The position numbers and the translations under genes are program-made. From Flavobacteriales bacterium (GTDB lineage: Bacteria; Bacteroidota; Bacteroidia; Palsa-965): DNA of 64,000 bases. This document shows, one piece after another, positions 49,331-59,497 of this stretch. The notes beneath the pieces were generated by a model that was given only the letters and a program-made list of their open reading frames with translations, did no database searches and was not told where the DNA came from. The stretch is taken from positions 64,001 through 128,000 of the forward strand of contig JBEIPA010000011.1 of the NCBI GenBank assembly GCA_040377305.1, written 5' to 3'. Within the stretch, counting starts at the first letter, position 1; the number at the start of each line of letters is the position of its first letter.

Positions 49331-50017
49331 ATGAGAAATTTCTTTCTGGCTTCCATTATTTTGCTGTCAGCTTGCAGCGACACACCTGTTCATAATCAGA
49401 ATGATTCTGTAATTGTGGATTCAGTTGCCGTGATGACGGACAAAACACTTCCACGTCCGCATTCGGTTGTACTTGATACTGTTCCCTCCAAAGATCCGGA
49501 ACTGTATAGCAGGATGGATCCCGCTGCAATATCCGATGCGATGGTGAAAAATACTCCTGAGGGTTGGGTAATTATGGACACAATGACGGGTGATCTCAAC
49601 CGTGACCAATTCACAGATCTTATCATAATACTACAACGCGAGAATGAGTCGGAAAATGATTCCGACGTGGTGCGTCCTCTTCTTATTTTCACCGGCAATA
49701 CGGGAGGCGGATTGGATTTTCGCGAACGAAATGACCATGTAGTTTTGTGTTACCATTGCGGAGGAGTTTACGGTGATCCTTATGATGGTCTCGCCATTAA
49801 GAACGGATATTTTTCCGTCGAACATTACGGCGGTAGCAGTGATCGGTGGACCAGGATCATCACGTTCAAATATTCTGAGAAGGGAAAAACATGGATTTTG
49901 CATCGTGATGCGGGGATCAGCTACAGTGTGTGGGACCCGGAAAAGGAAGAACCGGAAACTGTTTCGAATCAGGAGCACTACGGCAAGATGAAATTCACTG
50001 AATACAATTCGCTATAA
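49331..50017 (+). CDS. lipoprotein (GDLNxD / HYGGS..RW family), paralog 1
   Basis: Lipobox LSAC; GDLNRD..D; C.HCGG..GDP; HYGGSSDRW. Confidence 0.8.
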   Translation: MRNFFLASIILLSACSDTPVHNQNDSVIVDSVAVMTDKTLPRPHSVVLDTVPSKDPELYSRMDPAAISDAMVKNTPEGWVIMDTMTGDLNRDQFTDLIIILQRENESENDSDVVRPLLIFTGNTGGGLDFRERNDHVVLCYHCGGVYGDPYDGLAIKNGYFSVEHYGGSSDRWTRIITFKYSEKGKTWILHRDAGISYSVWDPEKEEPETVSNQEHYGKMKFTEYNSL

Positions 50018-50707
50018 GTGAATCGGACTGTACTTTTTGTTCTTGGGTTCTTACTTCTGGCTTGTGGACAAAGTGAGGAGGTTGAGAAATTGGACAGCAA
50101 TCCGAACGATTCCACAATTGCAGATACAATTCATCGCGACACAATTTTACAGGAAGAAGCACGCCTTGTCTTTGGAGACACTTCCATCATTCCTTCCGGT
50201 TATATTATAATGGAGTCGGCGTATGGAGATCTGAATCTCGATCCATATGCGGATGTTGTTCTCGTACTAGGACATAAATCGGAAACAGAAGGAGCAACAG
50301 GGAGCGAAAAGCCAAGAGTGCTGATGATTTTTTTGTGTGATGCATCAGGTAAGCTGAACTTGGCAGTGCGAAACGATAACATTGTTTACACGGAAGCCGA
50401 AGGACAAATGTTCGGCGAGTCATTCGCGGGAATTGAAGTTGATTCCGGCTCATTGCGCGTGAATCACTACGGAGGCAGTCGTTACCGATGGACAGCGGAC
50501 TACATATTTGAATACAATCCCGATAAAAAGTCGTGGTTCTACACACGTAGCTACGCAACAATGGGCGACATGCTGGGAGAAATGAATGATCTGACGGAAA
50601 CTGGTCAATGTATCCCTTACGCGAATGATACATTAGTCATCAAAAGGCCAATCGACATTCGGAAATTTGATAATCGTACTGCTCCTGTTGCTGCTACACG
50701 CGAATAG
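50018..50707 (+). CDS. lipoprotein (GDLNxD / HYGGS..RW family), paralog 2
   Basis: Lipobox LLAC; GDLNLD..AD; HYGGSRYRW; abuts paralog 1. Confidence 0.8.
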   Translation: MNRTVLFVLGFLLLACGQSEEVEKLDSNPNDSTIADTIHRDTILQEEARLVFGDTSIIPSGYIIMESAYGDLNLDPYADVVLVLGHKSETEGATGSEKPRVLMIFLCDASGKLNLAVRNDNIVYTEAEGQMFGESFAGIEVDSGSLRVNHYGGSRYRWTADYIFEYNPDKKSWFYTRSYATMGDMLGEMNDLTETGQCIPYANDTLVIKRPIDIRKFDNRTAPVAATRE

Positions 50708-50874
50708 TTTTCTAACCTGAATCATGCTTCGTTTCTGCACGATCCTGATTCTCTTCTTAACCAAGCACGTGTTGTCCGCACAAGATGCGTCTATCTTGTC
50801 AGACCGAGTAAACTCGAGTGTTCGCGTAGCGACTTGTGAAATAGTCTTGGTTGTACCGAGGTATGATCAGAAAC

Positions 50875-50906
50875 AAAAAAAAGCGTCGCTCTTTCGAACA
50901 ACGCTT
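50875..50906 (-). terminator. intrinsic terminator
   Basis: AAGCGT...ACGCTT stem plus 8-T run on the minus strand. Confidence 0.55.
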
Positions 50907-50930
50907 ACGTATAGAGAATTGAGTTGGGTA

Positions 50931-51125
50931 CTACTTCAAAGTGCCGTTAGCTGCGGCCGCTTTATTATACTTATGCTGCACGTAAATCCATGCTGCAGTT
51001 GCAACGAAACCTACTACGATCAAAACTTTGTTTGGAGTGATTGTTTCGTATGTCCATTCAAGTGCGCGGAAGCAATCGTAACAGAAGTCACCAAATGCCC
51101 ACCAGAATCCTTCGTGCTTAATCAT
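50931..51125 (-). CDS. small single-TM protein (DUF6341-like)
   Basis: 64 aa; N...I.VGFV....W.....KYN..A..NGT pattern; followed by a terminator. Confidence 0.7.
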   Translation of the reverse strand: MIKHEGFWWAFGDFCYDCFRALEWTYETITPNKVLIVVGFVATAAWIYVQHKYNKAAAANGTLK

Positions 51126-51207
51126 AAGTCATTGTTTTTTGAACGGCTCAAAAATACAAATTCAAATCAATCCGCAATGCCTTAACTTTGGGAAAACCTC
51201 GGTTTTT

Positions 51208-52200
51208 GTGGTAATCAGCCCTGTACGTCAGCATTCTCCTCTTGCATTGATCATCATTCCGGTGCTGGCGATCGCCCTGTGGATTCCCGCGTTCCTCCAT
51301 CCTTTAGCGCCGATACAACAGGTTGAAATGCCGCTGTATTCCTATCTGGATGTGTTTTTTCGGAACCATCATTATCTGGCATTGACGATTGGATTGCTGT
51401 TACTCATTGCTGAAGCGTTCATACTCAATCTGATTCTTCAGGCACACCAAGTCATCGTAAAAAAGAACTGGTTGCCCGCATTGCTTGTAATCGTTTTCGG
51501 TTCGTGTTCTCCGGGATTACTCTGGCCGAATGCCGAACAGTTCGCGGGGCTGCTGATTCTCTTTGTGATTCATATTCTGCTTGGAACTTACCGGCAGGAC
51601 AAATCATTCGGATCGGTTTTCAATAGCGGATTGCTCATCGGATTAGCAGCACAGCTCTACCTACCTACACTTGTATTTTTTCTGTTCGGTCTTATCGCAA
51701 TTATCATCCTTCGTCCTTTCATCTGGCGCGAATGGGTGATGCTGATTCTCGGTGTGCTCATTCCGTTTCTCTACGGCGGAGTTTATTATTTCTGGAATGA
51801 TGAGTACTCTGAAATCACGAGGCGGGTGATCACAGAACCAATCGCAAACCGCAGCTTTTTCTTAAAGCTCGACTCTGCAGATTACTTTCTCACAGCCATG
51901 ACACTTCTCGTACTGCTGGTGTCGGCCGGCCGATTGGTGTCAGGATCACTCACTTCCACACTCAAAACCAAGAAAGGGATTTCCGTTTTCCTGTGGTTTA
52001 CCTTCTTCGCATTAATTGCGGTGTTGCCTGCCCAGAATTTTGGTGTCGCCACATTCCGTTTTGTGATTTATCCGTTCGCGTTTTTCGCCTCAAACTACTT
52101 CCTCAACGCCCGCCGCGGTTGGATCGCCGAAGTCATTTTTACGCTTCTGCTGGCCGGAATCGGTGTTTCTTACCTGATAGAATCTGGTTTTACCATCTAA
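51208..52200 (+). CDS. polytopic membrane protein (DUF6427-like)
   Basis: About 10 TM; FN.GLLIGLA...Y.P, RPF.WREW...LG...P; start moved to GTG at 51208, after TAACTTTG. Confidence 0.75.
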   Translation: MVISPVRQHSPLALIIIPVLAIALWIPAFLHPLAPIQQVEMPLYSYLDVFFRNHHYLALTIGLLLLIAEAFILNLILQAHQVIVKKNWLPALLVIVFGSCSPGLLWPNAEQFAGLLILFVIHILLGTYRQDKSFGSVFNSGLLIGLAAQLYLPTLVFFLFGLIAIIILRPFIWREWVMLILGVLIPFLYGGVYYFWNDEYSEITRRVITEPIANRSFFLKLDSADYFLTAMTLLVLLVSAGRLVSGSLTSTLKTKKGISVFLWFTFFALIAVLPAQNFGVATFRFVIYPFAFFASNYFLNARRGWIAEVIFTLLLAGIGVSYLIESGFTI

Positions 52201-52204
52201 CGGA

Positions 52205-52393
52205 TGCCTGCGGCGCTTACCACGGCGGCTCGGCGTTACGGCGTGTGCTTGGTGCGTGATTACCAATACCCATCCGGCGTTCACGGTGTTGTGATGTCAG
52301 GGTCCCAATCTTGACATTGATATACGCCGTGTCCTCCGGTTGGGCCTAAAACCATCAACACTTACTCCGTTTCGCCGTGGTTGGCCTCGCAGA
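52205..52393. repeat. ~190-bp REP/MITE-like element, copy 2
   Basis: Ends match 21794-21976 in inverted orientation; interior diverged. Confidence 0.85.
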
Positions 52394-52487
52394 GTCCCAA
52401 TGATTTTGTTAGGATCAAGTGAAAAATTTAGCAATTCCACTCCCGTCTCCCGGCTGACGTCTCCCGTCTATTAAGTAAATTTGCACT

Positions 52488-53180
52488 ATGAAATTCGGCG
52501 TTGTTATTTTCCCTGGATCCAACTGCGATCAGGACATGATTTATGTTCTCAAAGAGATCATGGGTCAGGAAGTTGTTGAACTCTGGCACAAAGATCACGA
52601 CCTTAAAGGCGTTGATTGCGTAGTACTTCCGGGAGGATTCTCGTACGGCGATTATTTGCGCTCTGGTGCAATCGCACGTTTCTCTCCTATCATGAACGAA
52701 GTAATTGATTTCGCTGGTAAAGGTGGATACGTTTTCGGAGTTTGCAACGGATTTCAGGTGCTCTGCGAATCGGGATTACTTCCGGGCGCATTGCTACATA
52801 ACACCGAACGTAAATTCAATTGCAGCAACGTTTACATCAAAGCACAAACGAACGATACACTTCTCACGTCAAAAGTTCCGACTTCAAAAGCGTTGAAAAT
52901 TCCAATCGCGCACGGAGAAGGTCGTTTCTATGCTGATGAGAAAACACTCCGCGAGTTGAACGCAAACGGACAAATTCTTTTCCGCTATTGCGATGAGAAC
53001 GGAGAAGTCACTCCGGAGTCAAATCCGAACGGAGCACTCGAAAATATTGCGGGCGTTTGTAATGCTGGGCGCAACGTATTCGGAATGATGCCACACCCGG
53101 AACGCGCTTCTGATCCGGAATTGTCGAATATCGACGGAAAAGTGCTGTTTCAGTCTTTGGTGAGCCTCGTGCACGCTTAA
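52488..53180 (+). CDS. purQ: phosphoribosylformylglycinamidine synthase glutaminase subunit
   Basis: [40 protein letters not shown]. Confidence 0.98.
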   Translation: MKFGVVIFPGSNCDQDMIYVLKEIMGQEVVELWHKDHDLKGVDCVVLPGGFSYGDYLRSGAIARFSPIMNEVIDFAGKGGYVFGVCNGFQVLCESGLLPGALLHNTERKFNCSNVYIKAQTNDTLLTSKVPTSKALKIPIAHGEGRFYADEKTLRELNANGQILFRYCDENGEVTPESNPNGALENIAGVCNAGRNVFGMMPHPERASDPELSNIDGKVLFQSLVSLVHA

Positions 53181-53202
53181 ACTGAGCAGGTAAGATATCG
53201 GG

Positions 53203-53235
53203 AGGCTGTTTTCATTGAGAAAGCAGCCTTTTTTT
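53203..53235 (+). terminator. intrinsic terminator after purQ
   Basis: AGGCTG...CAGCCT plus T run. Confidence 0.75.
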
Positions 53236-53340
53236 CGGTCGATGTATTAGTATGATTTGTCGAATAATCGTTTGATTCCGGGTTCAAACTTCTCAACTTT
53301 TGTTCAGCAAACCCGGGAGAAAATCCCCTAAAATCTCTAC

Positions 53341-56055
53341 ATGAAAAAACTTTACTCCTCATTCGCGGTTCTGTGTGCAACAGCAATCACACTTTGCGCG
53401 CAACAACCAGAAGTCGGCACACCAGCTTACGCTCAGTGGTTGAATTCCCAGAACATTCAATCGCAACGTTTGATCGGACCAACGGTTCAACCATTAAACG
53501 GTAACGATACACTCACGACAACTTATTCGAACACGGCGTGCGGACTGAACTACAGTCTCACTTCAGTTCGTTTGGGACAACGTTTTGTTCCGGTTGGAGT
53601 TCCGCAACCAGCGGCAATGAACGTGAATGCAATGCCAACCTGCGGACAAGTTCTTCAGGCGTATCTCTACACCGAATGTCTCGGAGCTGCGGGTTCAATC
53701 ACTGCAACACTTACTGATCCTTCGAATACTACTACTGCAGTTCCCATGACATTGATCGGAAGCTCGCTTGATGTATGCTGGGGAATGGGTGGAACGCACA
53801 TGTGGCGTGCAGATGTAACGAGCCTCATCACTGGCGCTGGTACATACATGCTCAGTGGACTTCCGGTTTCCGCATCTCCTGCAACAGTAGACGTTGAAGG
53901 TGCAACACTTCTTATTATCTACGCAGATCCAACTGCATCGTACACAGGTTCAATTCAGATCGATGATGGTTGTCATACCGTACAAGGCGGAAACCTCTCG
54001 CACACGATGACAGGATTCAACGCGTGTTCAAACTCAACCGCAGGTTCAGCGTTTATGCTGGTTGGAGATATGCAATTGACCGGCTACAACATTAACATGA
54101 ATGGTAACGCAGTGGCACAACCACAATGGAATTGGTGGAATGAAGTTTCTGCACCAACGTCTGTTGTTTCCGGACAAAATTTCTGCGCTTTCACAATGTA
54201 TAATGCAGGCGACTGCTACACATTGGGTGTTGCCGGATTGTATTACCAATCTAACTGCAACTCATGTACACCACAACAAGTGGGACTCGCAGTTTCAGCA
54301 ACCGGAACTTCCGCGAGCTGCGGAAACAACGGAACTGCAACAGCAACAGCAACTGGCGGAAATGGTAACTACACGTACGTGTGGGCGCCAGGTGGACAAA
54401 CTACAGCTACGGCTACAGGTCTTGCTGCAGGTACATACACCGTGAACGTAACGGATGGAACTACATGCGGTACTGCAACTGTTACTATTGCGAATACGTC
54501 AATGTCAGTAACAACGTATGTTGTTGGTTCAAGTTGTATGTCAGCAACCGGAACTGCATCAGTATCAGTAACGGGCGGAACTGGTCCTTATACCTATGCA
54601 TGGTCACCGTCTGGTGGAAATACTTCAACTGCAACCGGACTTGCTCCAGGAAATTATACCTGTACAATTACAGACGCTGCATCGTGTACAACAACGGTTA
54701 CTGTAAATATTGCGAATGCCAGTCAACTGACAGCGTACGTGTATGCATGGCCAGACAGTTGTCCTTCACCAACAGGCAGTGCGTATATATGGCATTCAGG
54801 TGGTAATGGTCCATTCACTTATTTATGGTCGAACGGAAACACAACCAACAATCCTACAAACTTAGCGGCAGGTATTTACTGCTGTACAGTTACGGATGCT
54901 GCAGGATGTACTGCGACTGCGTGTGATACGGTTACTGCTGTTCCGAGCAACTTCTCACACGGCACAAATATGTTCGCTTATGTTTCCTGCGGCGATTCCG
55001 CAATGTTGACCGCGTGGAGTTCTGATCCGACATCAACGTTCAGCTGGTCACCTGCAAACCAATGCAACACGCCAACAAACGATTCCACGTACGCACATCC
55101 AACACAACCATTCACTGTGTTCTACGTTACAATCACAGGTTCTTGCGGAACAGCAGTTGACAGTGTGTGGGTTTTCACCGACAGCTTGAACTGGTACAAC
55201 GAGCAAATTTGTTTCGTGACTGTTGACACGGCGAATAACCACAACCTCATTACGTGGGAGCGCGCAAATTCACCGTCATCAGGAACGTACAACATTTATC
55301 GTGAGACTGCAGTTTCTGGTGTGTATGCTTTGATTGCAACGCAACCGGTTTCTCAGTTCACCACGTACCTCGATGTAACGTCAAATCCTTACGTGCAGCC
55401 GTACCGTTATCAGATCACTACAACTGATGTTTGCGGAAATGAATCCGATACGAGCTGGCATCACCGCAGCATTCACTTGCAGGCGAGTGCGTCTCCGTTC
55501 GGTGGGTGGAATTTGTTCTGGACAGCTTACGAAGGTTTGCCGATTGCGACTTACAACATTTATCGCGGCACAAACATTTCGAACATGACGTTGCTTACAC
55601 AGGTTTCCGGAAGCACATTTACGTACACAGATCTTACAGCGCCAATGGGTCCAATCTGGTACATGATTGAAGCTGTTCACCCGAATGGCGGATGTTCTCC
55701 TTCACGTTGGGCAGAACCAGGAAACACGTTCGATTACAGTTCAATGTTGTCAAACCTACATCTCGCAGATCCTCTTGGAATCAACAATGCCAACGCAATT
55801 CAGAATTCACTCACGGTATCTCCGAATCCAGGTAACGGGAATTTTGTATTGTCTTGCAACCTCGCGACCAGCGGACCGGCAACAGTTACAATCACGGATG
55901 CACTCGGACGAGTTGTGTTTACTGAAACCGGCGCTTCGAATGCTCCAACAATGACGATGTACCTTGATCTTTCTTCACTTGCAGCAGGAGTGTACAATGT
56001 GAAAGTGACGAATGGTGCGAGCGAAGGAGTTACGAAGCTGGTGATTACACAATAG
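53341..56055 (+). CDS. T9SS-secreted protein: DUF3344-like N-terminal domain, SprB repeats, FN3-like domains, CTD
   Basis: Signal peptide ending CAQ; V.QAYLY...RADVT...EGA.L.IIY.D; SprB repeats; YNIYR motifs; VSPNP...GVY...KLVITQ. Confidence 0.85.
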   Translation: MKKLYSSFAVLCATAITLCAQQPEVGTPAYAQWLNSQNIQSQRLIGPTVQPLNGNDTLTTTYSNTACGLNYSLTSVRLGQRFVPVGVPQPAAMNVNAMPTCGQVLQAYLYTECLGAAGSITATLTDPSNTTTAVPMTLIGSSLDVCWGMGGTHMWRADVTSLITGAGTYMLSGLPVSASPATVDVEGATLLIIYADPTASYTGSIQIDDGCHTVQGGNLSHTMTGFNACSNSTAGSAFMLVGDMQLTGYNINMNGNAVAQPQWNWWNEVSAPTSVVSGQNFCAFTMYNAGDCYTLGVAGLYYQSNCNSCTPQQVGLAVSATGTSASCGNNGTATATATGGNGNYTYVWAPGGQTTATATGLAAGTYTVNVTDGTTCGTATVTIANTSMSVTTYVVGSSCMSATGTASVSVTGGTGPYTYAWSPSGGNTSTATGLAPGNYTCTITDAASCTTTVTVNIANASQLTAYVYAWPDSCPSPTGSAYIWHSGGNGPFTYLWSNGNTTNNPTNLAAGIYCCTVTDAAGCTATACDTVTAVPSNFSHGTNMFAYVSCGDSAMLTAWSSDPTSTFSWSPANQCNTPTNDSTYAHPTQPFTVFYVTITGSCGTAVDSVWVFTDSLNWYNEQICFVTVDTANNHNLITWERANSPSSGTYNIYRETAVSGVYALIATQPVSQFTTYLDVTSNPYVQPYRYQITTTDVCGNESDTSWHHRSIHLQASASPFGGWNLFWTAYEGLPIATYNIYRGTNISNMTLLTQVSGSTFTYTDLTAPMGPIWYMIEAVHPNGGCSPSRWAEPGNTFDYSSMLSNLHLADPLGINNANAIQNSLTVSPNPGNGNFVLSCNLATSGPATVTITDALGRVVFTETGASNAPTMTMYLDLSSLAAGVYNVKVTNGASEGVTKLVITQ

Positions 56056-56125
56056 CAATACGCAATTGTCAATGCGCAATACGCAGTCTATAGGGCTTGC
56101 GTATTGCGCATTGTACATTGCGCAT
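56056..56125. repeat. 7-nt periodic CAATnnn inverted element
   Basis: caatacg caattgt caatgcg caatacg / cgtattg cgcattg tacattg cgcatt. Confidence 0.8.
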
Positions 56126-56700
56126 TATTTTTCGTAGAAATGCATCTCCTCACAATACTTCCAAGCTCCTTCAGGCATAAAGTATTGCATGTTCTTTTTC
56201 GCTTTGATCGCTTCGCGAATCATGGTTGAGGAAATACTCATTTGTGGTGCATCGGTCATCACCACACTTTTGTGCTTAGCAAACTCTCCGCCGGGAAACC
56301 CAGGTCGCGGGTACACGTAAATCTTGTAGCGCTCAAGAATCACTTCAAAGTTTTTCCACTTATTGAGCGATTCAATATTATCAGAACCCATGATGAGCGC
56401 GAATTCATCGTTCGGGTATTTTTCTTCGAGATGCGCCAGTGTGTTTACCGTGTACGAAGGTTGCGGCAGACTGAATTCAATATTGCTCGCCTTGTATTTC
56501 GGGTTTTCCCCAATAGCGGCGCGAACGAGTGCCAGGCGTTGAACATCGGAAAGCAGTGTAGCTTTTTTCTTCAGCGGATTGTGTGGCGTAACCACGAACC
56601 AGATTCTTTCAAGATCGGTGAACTCCAGCATGTAATTCGCCAGCACCATGTGACCGATGTGAATGGGATTAAACGATCCGAAGAAAAGTCCGATTTTCAT
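56125..56700 (-). CDS. nadD: nicotinate-nucleotide adenylyltransferase
   Basis: FFGSFNPIHIGH, PSYT..TL, IMGSDN, ISST.IR. Confidence 0.96.
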   Translation of the reverse strand: MKIGLFFGSFNPIHIGHMVLANYMLEFTDLERIWFVVTPHNPLKKKATLLSDVQRLALVRAAIGENPKYKASNIEFSLPQPSYTVNTLAHLEEKYPNDEFALIMGSDNIESLNKWKNFEVILERYKIYVYPRPGFPGGEFAKHKSVVMTDAPQMSISSTMIREAIKAKKNMQYFMPEGAWKYCEEMHFYEK

Positions 56701-57272
56701 TGGGGTTGATTCAGAAAGCCTCGCACTATTTCTTCTGCACGTTTCAATGCTTCTTCGAGATTGTCGTTGAGCAAAACCGTATCGAAATGCACCGCATCGT
56801 CGAGTTCACTTTTGGCTTTCGCAATGCGCATCTGAATTTTCGATTCAGGCTCCGTTGCCCGCGAACGCAAACGTTTTTCCAAAGCAGCGACACTTGGCGG
56901 CATCACAAACACCGACAGCGCACGCTCACCGAATTTCTTCGCGAGATTAATTCCGCCTTTCACATCCACATCAAAAATTACGTGGTGACCTTTTCTCCAG
57001 ATGCGATCAACTTCAGCCTGCAACGTTCCGTACATCTGCCCGGGATAAACTTCTTCCCATTCTACAAACTCGCCGGCATCGATACGCTTTTTGAATTCTT
57101 CAACCGAGAAAAAATAGTAATCGCTGCCGTGATTTTCATCACCACGCAATGGGCGCGATGTGGCAGAAACCGAAAACTCAAGCTCAGGAAATACTTTCAG
57201 AAGGTGGTGGACAATCGTGGTCTTACCGGCACCCGAGGGAGCAGAGAAGATGACGAGCTTGCCGTTTTCCAT
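56697..57272 (-). CDS. gmk: guanylate kinase
   Basis: SAPSGAGKTT, SATSR..R..E..G.DYYF, YGTL; start moved to ATG at 57272. Confidence 0.96.
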   Translation of the reverse strand: MENGKLVIFSAPSGAGKTTIVHHLLKVFPELEFSVSATSRPLRGDENHGSDYYFFSVEEFKKRIDAGEFVEWEEVYPGQMYGTLQAEVDRIWRKGHHVIFDVDVKGGINLAKKFGERALSVFVMPPSVAALEKRLRSRATEPESKIQMRIAKAKSELDDAVHFDTVLLNDNLEEALKRAEEIVRGFLNQPQ

Positions 57273-57303
57273 ACGCCAAAGATAGTGATAGGCATGAGAC
57301 GGG

Positions 57304-57506
57304 AAATTGGAACGCGGATTTTGTTGTTCGTTGTTTTCTATCGCTTTTCCCGGATGAGTCGGGGAGACTTCAACTGTTTTCCATCGGATTTTATGAGATA
57401 AACTCAAACTTATCTCATAAAATCAAATAGCCAGATTTTCTATTTACCGGAGTGATCCAATGGAACGACTAACACCAGACGGGCTTAGAAATCCGCGTTC
57501 CAATTT
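57304..57506. repeat. nested inverted-repeat element between yicC and gmk
   Basis: Perfect 18-bp IR 57304-57321/57489-57506; inner 15-bp IR 57387-57401/57410-57424. Confidence 0.8.
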
Positions 57507-57512
57507 ACAACC

Positions 57513-58379
57513 CTAGAGTACGTTCAGAAGTTGCTCCTTTATCTTCTCCAACTCATCCTTCATCTCCACCACATATTTCTGGATTTCAGCGTCATTGGCT
57601 TTAGAACCAATCGTGTTAATCTCCCGCCCGATTTCCTGAGCAATGAATCCGAGCTTTCGGCCGCTCGATGCTTCTTTCATGGTGTCGAGAAAGTAATTGC
57701 AATGTGTGGTGAGACGTAATTTCTCCTCCGTGATGTCAAGCTTCTCCACGTAGTAAATCAGTTCCTGCTCGAAACGATTTTTATCGGTATGTTCAGCGGG
57801 AACATTCTCCGACATGTATTTGTTGAGTCGTTCGCGTACGGCTGCAATTCGTTGCGGATCGCGATCAGTCACTTCTTTCAGTTTGGTCTGAATCATTCCG
57901 ATACGCTGCGTGAATTCATTCGCAAGAACTTTTCCTTCGTCGTCGCGGAATTTCTGAAACGCATCAACGGCTTCATTCACGGCTTTCATCACGGCAACCC
58001 ATTCGTTTTCATCGGGAACAACTTTATCCTGCTTGAGAACATCGGGCATGCGCATGACAATTGCGAGAAGATCTTTTGTGTTATCGCCGTTTGCCTCAGC
58101 TACTTTTTTAAGCTCCTTATAGTATTCACTGGCAAGCGACTGGTTGACGATGTTGCTGCTTCCATCGCCGGTTGATTCTGCAAAAACAGTGAAATCAATT
58201 TTTCCTCGCTCTAGCGTGCGTGAAATCAGTCCGCGCATCTCAGATTCTTTATCGCGATACTGCGATGCCACACGAAAATTCAGATCGAGCTGTCTGCTGT
58301 TCAGTGAACGGATTTCAATCGTCACTTTTTTATTGGGCAACTCACATACTGCCTTGCCAAAACCGGTCATTGATTTCAT
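57513..58379 (-). CDS. yicC: YicC/YloC family endoribonuclease
   Basis: SMTGFG, EIRSLN.R.LD, EKLDITEE..RL..H, GRKL.FI.QE..REINTIGSK. Confidence 0.94.
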   Translation of the reverse strand: MKSMTGFGKAVCELPNKKVTIEIRSLNSRQLDLNFRVASQYRDKESEMRGLISRTLERGKIDFTVFAESTGDGSSNIVNQSLASEYYKELKKVAEANGDNTKDLLAIVMRMPDVLKQDKVVPDENEWVAVMKAVNEAVDAFQKFRDDEGKVLANEFTQRIGMIQTKLKEVTDRDPQRIAAVRERLNKYMSENVPAEHTDKNRFEQELIYYVEKLDITEEKLRLTTHCNYFLDTMKEASSGRKLGFIAQEIGREINTIGSKANDAEIQKYVVEMKDELEKIKEQLLNVL

Positions 58380-58396
58380 AGGGTCAAATATAGCAA

Positions 58397-58498
58397 CATA
58401 AAAAGGCTAAGGAGTCATTGCGAGCCTGCGAAGCAATCTCCTGTGACGAAACTCAGTGATAACGGTGCTGCGGCATGCACTTCATAAGCCTTTTTATG
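58397..58498. repeat. inverted-repeat element carrying a GTCATTGCGAG...GAAGCAATCTC REP-like unit
   Basis: 12-bp IR 58397-58408/58487-58498; unit at 58414-58440. Confidence 0.65.
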
Positions 58499-58500
58499 GT

Positions 58501-59394
58501 TCATGGAATACTCTTCCGTACAGTATTCTGGCTTGCCAAAAACACCCCAAGAAAAATGCAAAGACCCAGTACAACTTTTACCCACGTCAACTCATCTTTT
58601 CCAAGGTATAGAGCAATTGCCGCTGCGAACAGTGGTTGTGTATAGATGTAAGCGCTCACAACTGTCGGACTCAATACTTTCAACGAGAAAACATTCAGTA
58701 GGTATGCGATAAATGTAACACCAAGCACAACGAATGAAATATCAAACCAGGTTGCGCCTGTGAACGTAGACCACTGCGCATCCATCATTCCCGTCCAGCC
58801 AAGCGGCACAAGTATCGGCAGCCCGAAAAGGAATACCCATTTCAATACCGTTACCGTATTGTACTTCATCATTAATGGTTTTACAAACACCAGGAATGTT
58901 CCCCACGAAAGCGCATTGATGAAAATGAACAAATCGCCAAGTGCATTGTCTTCTTTTCCATTGCTGAGTGAACTGGAAAGAATCAGAAGTCCTGCGCCGG
59001 TGAGGCCTAACAATACTCCTGTGACACGCGTAGCCGTCAATTTCTCTTTCAGTACAATTGCCCCGATGATCAGTACGATGAGCGGAGATGTGATCATGAT
59101 TATCGCACCACTGATCGGCGATGTGAGCGACATTCCCTTGATGAAGAGCGACTGATTGATCGAAACACCGAACAAAGACAGAACGGCAATTCTTTTCAGG
59201 TCGGCTTTCTCCACTTTTTCCTTGATGAAAATTCCGGTGAGCCACAACAGCGGTGTAGCGCCGAGTACACGCACTGCAACAAATCCTGCCGGTGAAATGA
59301 ATTCCGGCGTAACCTGTTTGATGATCGTAAATCCCGCCGCGTAGATAATCATTGATGTGAGCAACGTAAGATGGGCGAGGAGGGTGCGATTCAC
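58501..59394 (-). CDS. EamA/DMT family transporter
   Basis: 10 TM in two repeats; LKEKLT..R..G..LG..G; S.Y.Y.QP. Confidence 0.92.
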   Translation of the reverse strand: MNRTLLAHLTLLTSMIIYAAGFTIIKQVTPEFISPAGFVAVRVLGATPLLWLTGIFIKEKVEKADLKRIAVLSLFGVSINQSLFIKGMSLTSPISGAIIMITSPLIVLIIGAIVLKEKLTATRVTGVLLGLTGAGLLILSSSLSNGKEDNALGDLFIFINALSWGTFLVFVKPLMMKYNTVTVLKWVFLFGLPILVPLGWTGMMDAQWSTFTGATWFDISFVVLGVTFIAYLLNVFSLKVLSPTVVSAYIYTQPLFAAAIALYLGKDELTWVKVVLGLCIFLGVFLASQNTVRKSIP

Positions 59395-59412
59395 GGCGCA
59401 AAGGTAAGTATT

Positions 59413-59479
59413 CAGCGGCAGTGGCAGTTGCAGTCAGTATGCAGTTACTGCCACCTGACTGCAACTGCTACTGCCACTG
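59413..59479. repeat. 6-nt periodic CAGTnG / ACTGCn inverted element between two divergent -7 boxes
   Basis: cagcgg cagtgg cagttg cagt ... actgca actgct actgcc actg. Confidence 0.75.
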
Positions 59480-59497
59480 TTTTCACTACATTTGATC

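Noticed and set aside
50724-51185. 153-aa plus-strand ORF with a signal-like N-terminus
   Set aside because: It runs through a REP-like element and a terminator, and is antisense to the better-supported 64-aa gene at 50931-51125.
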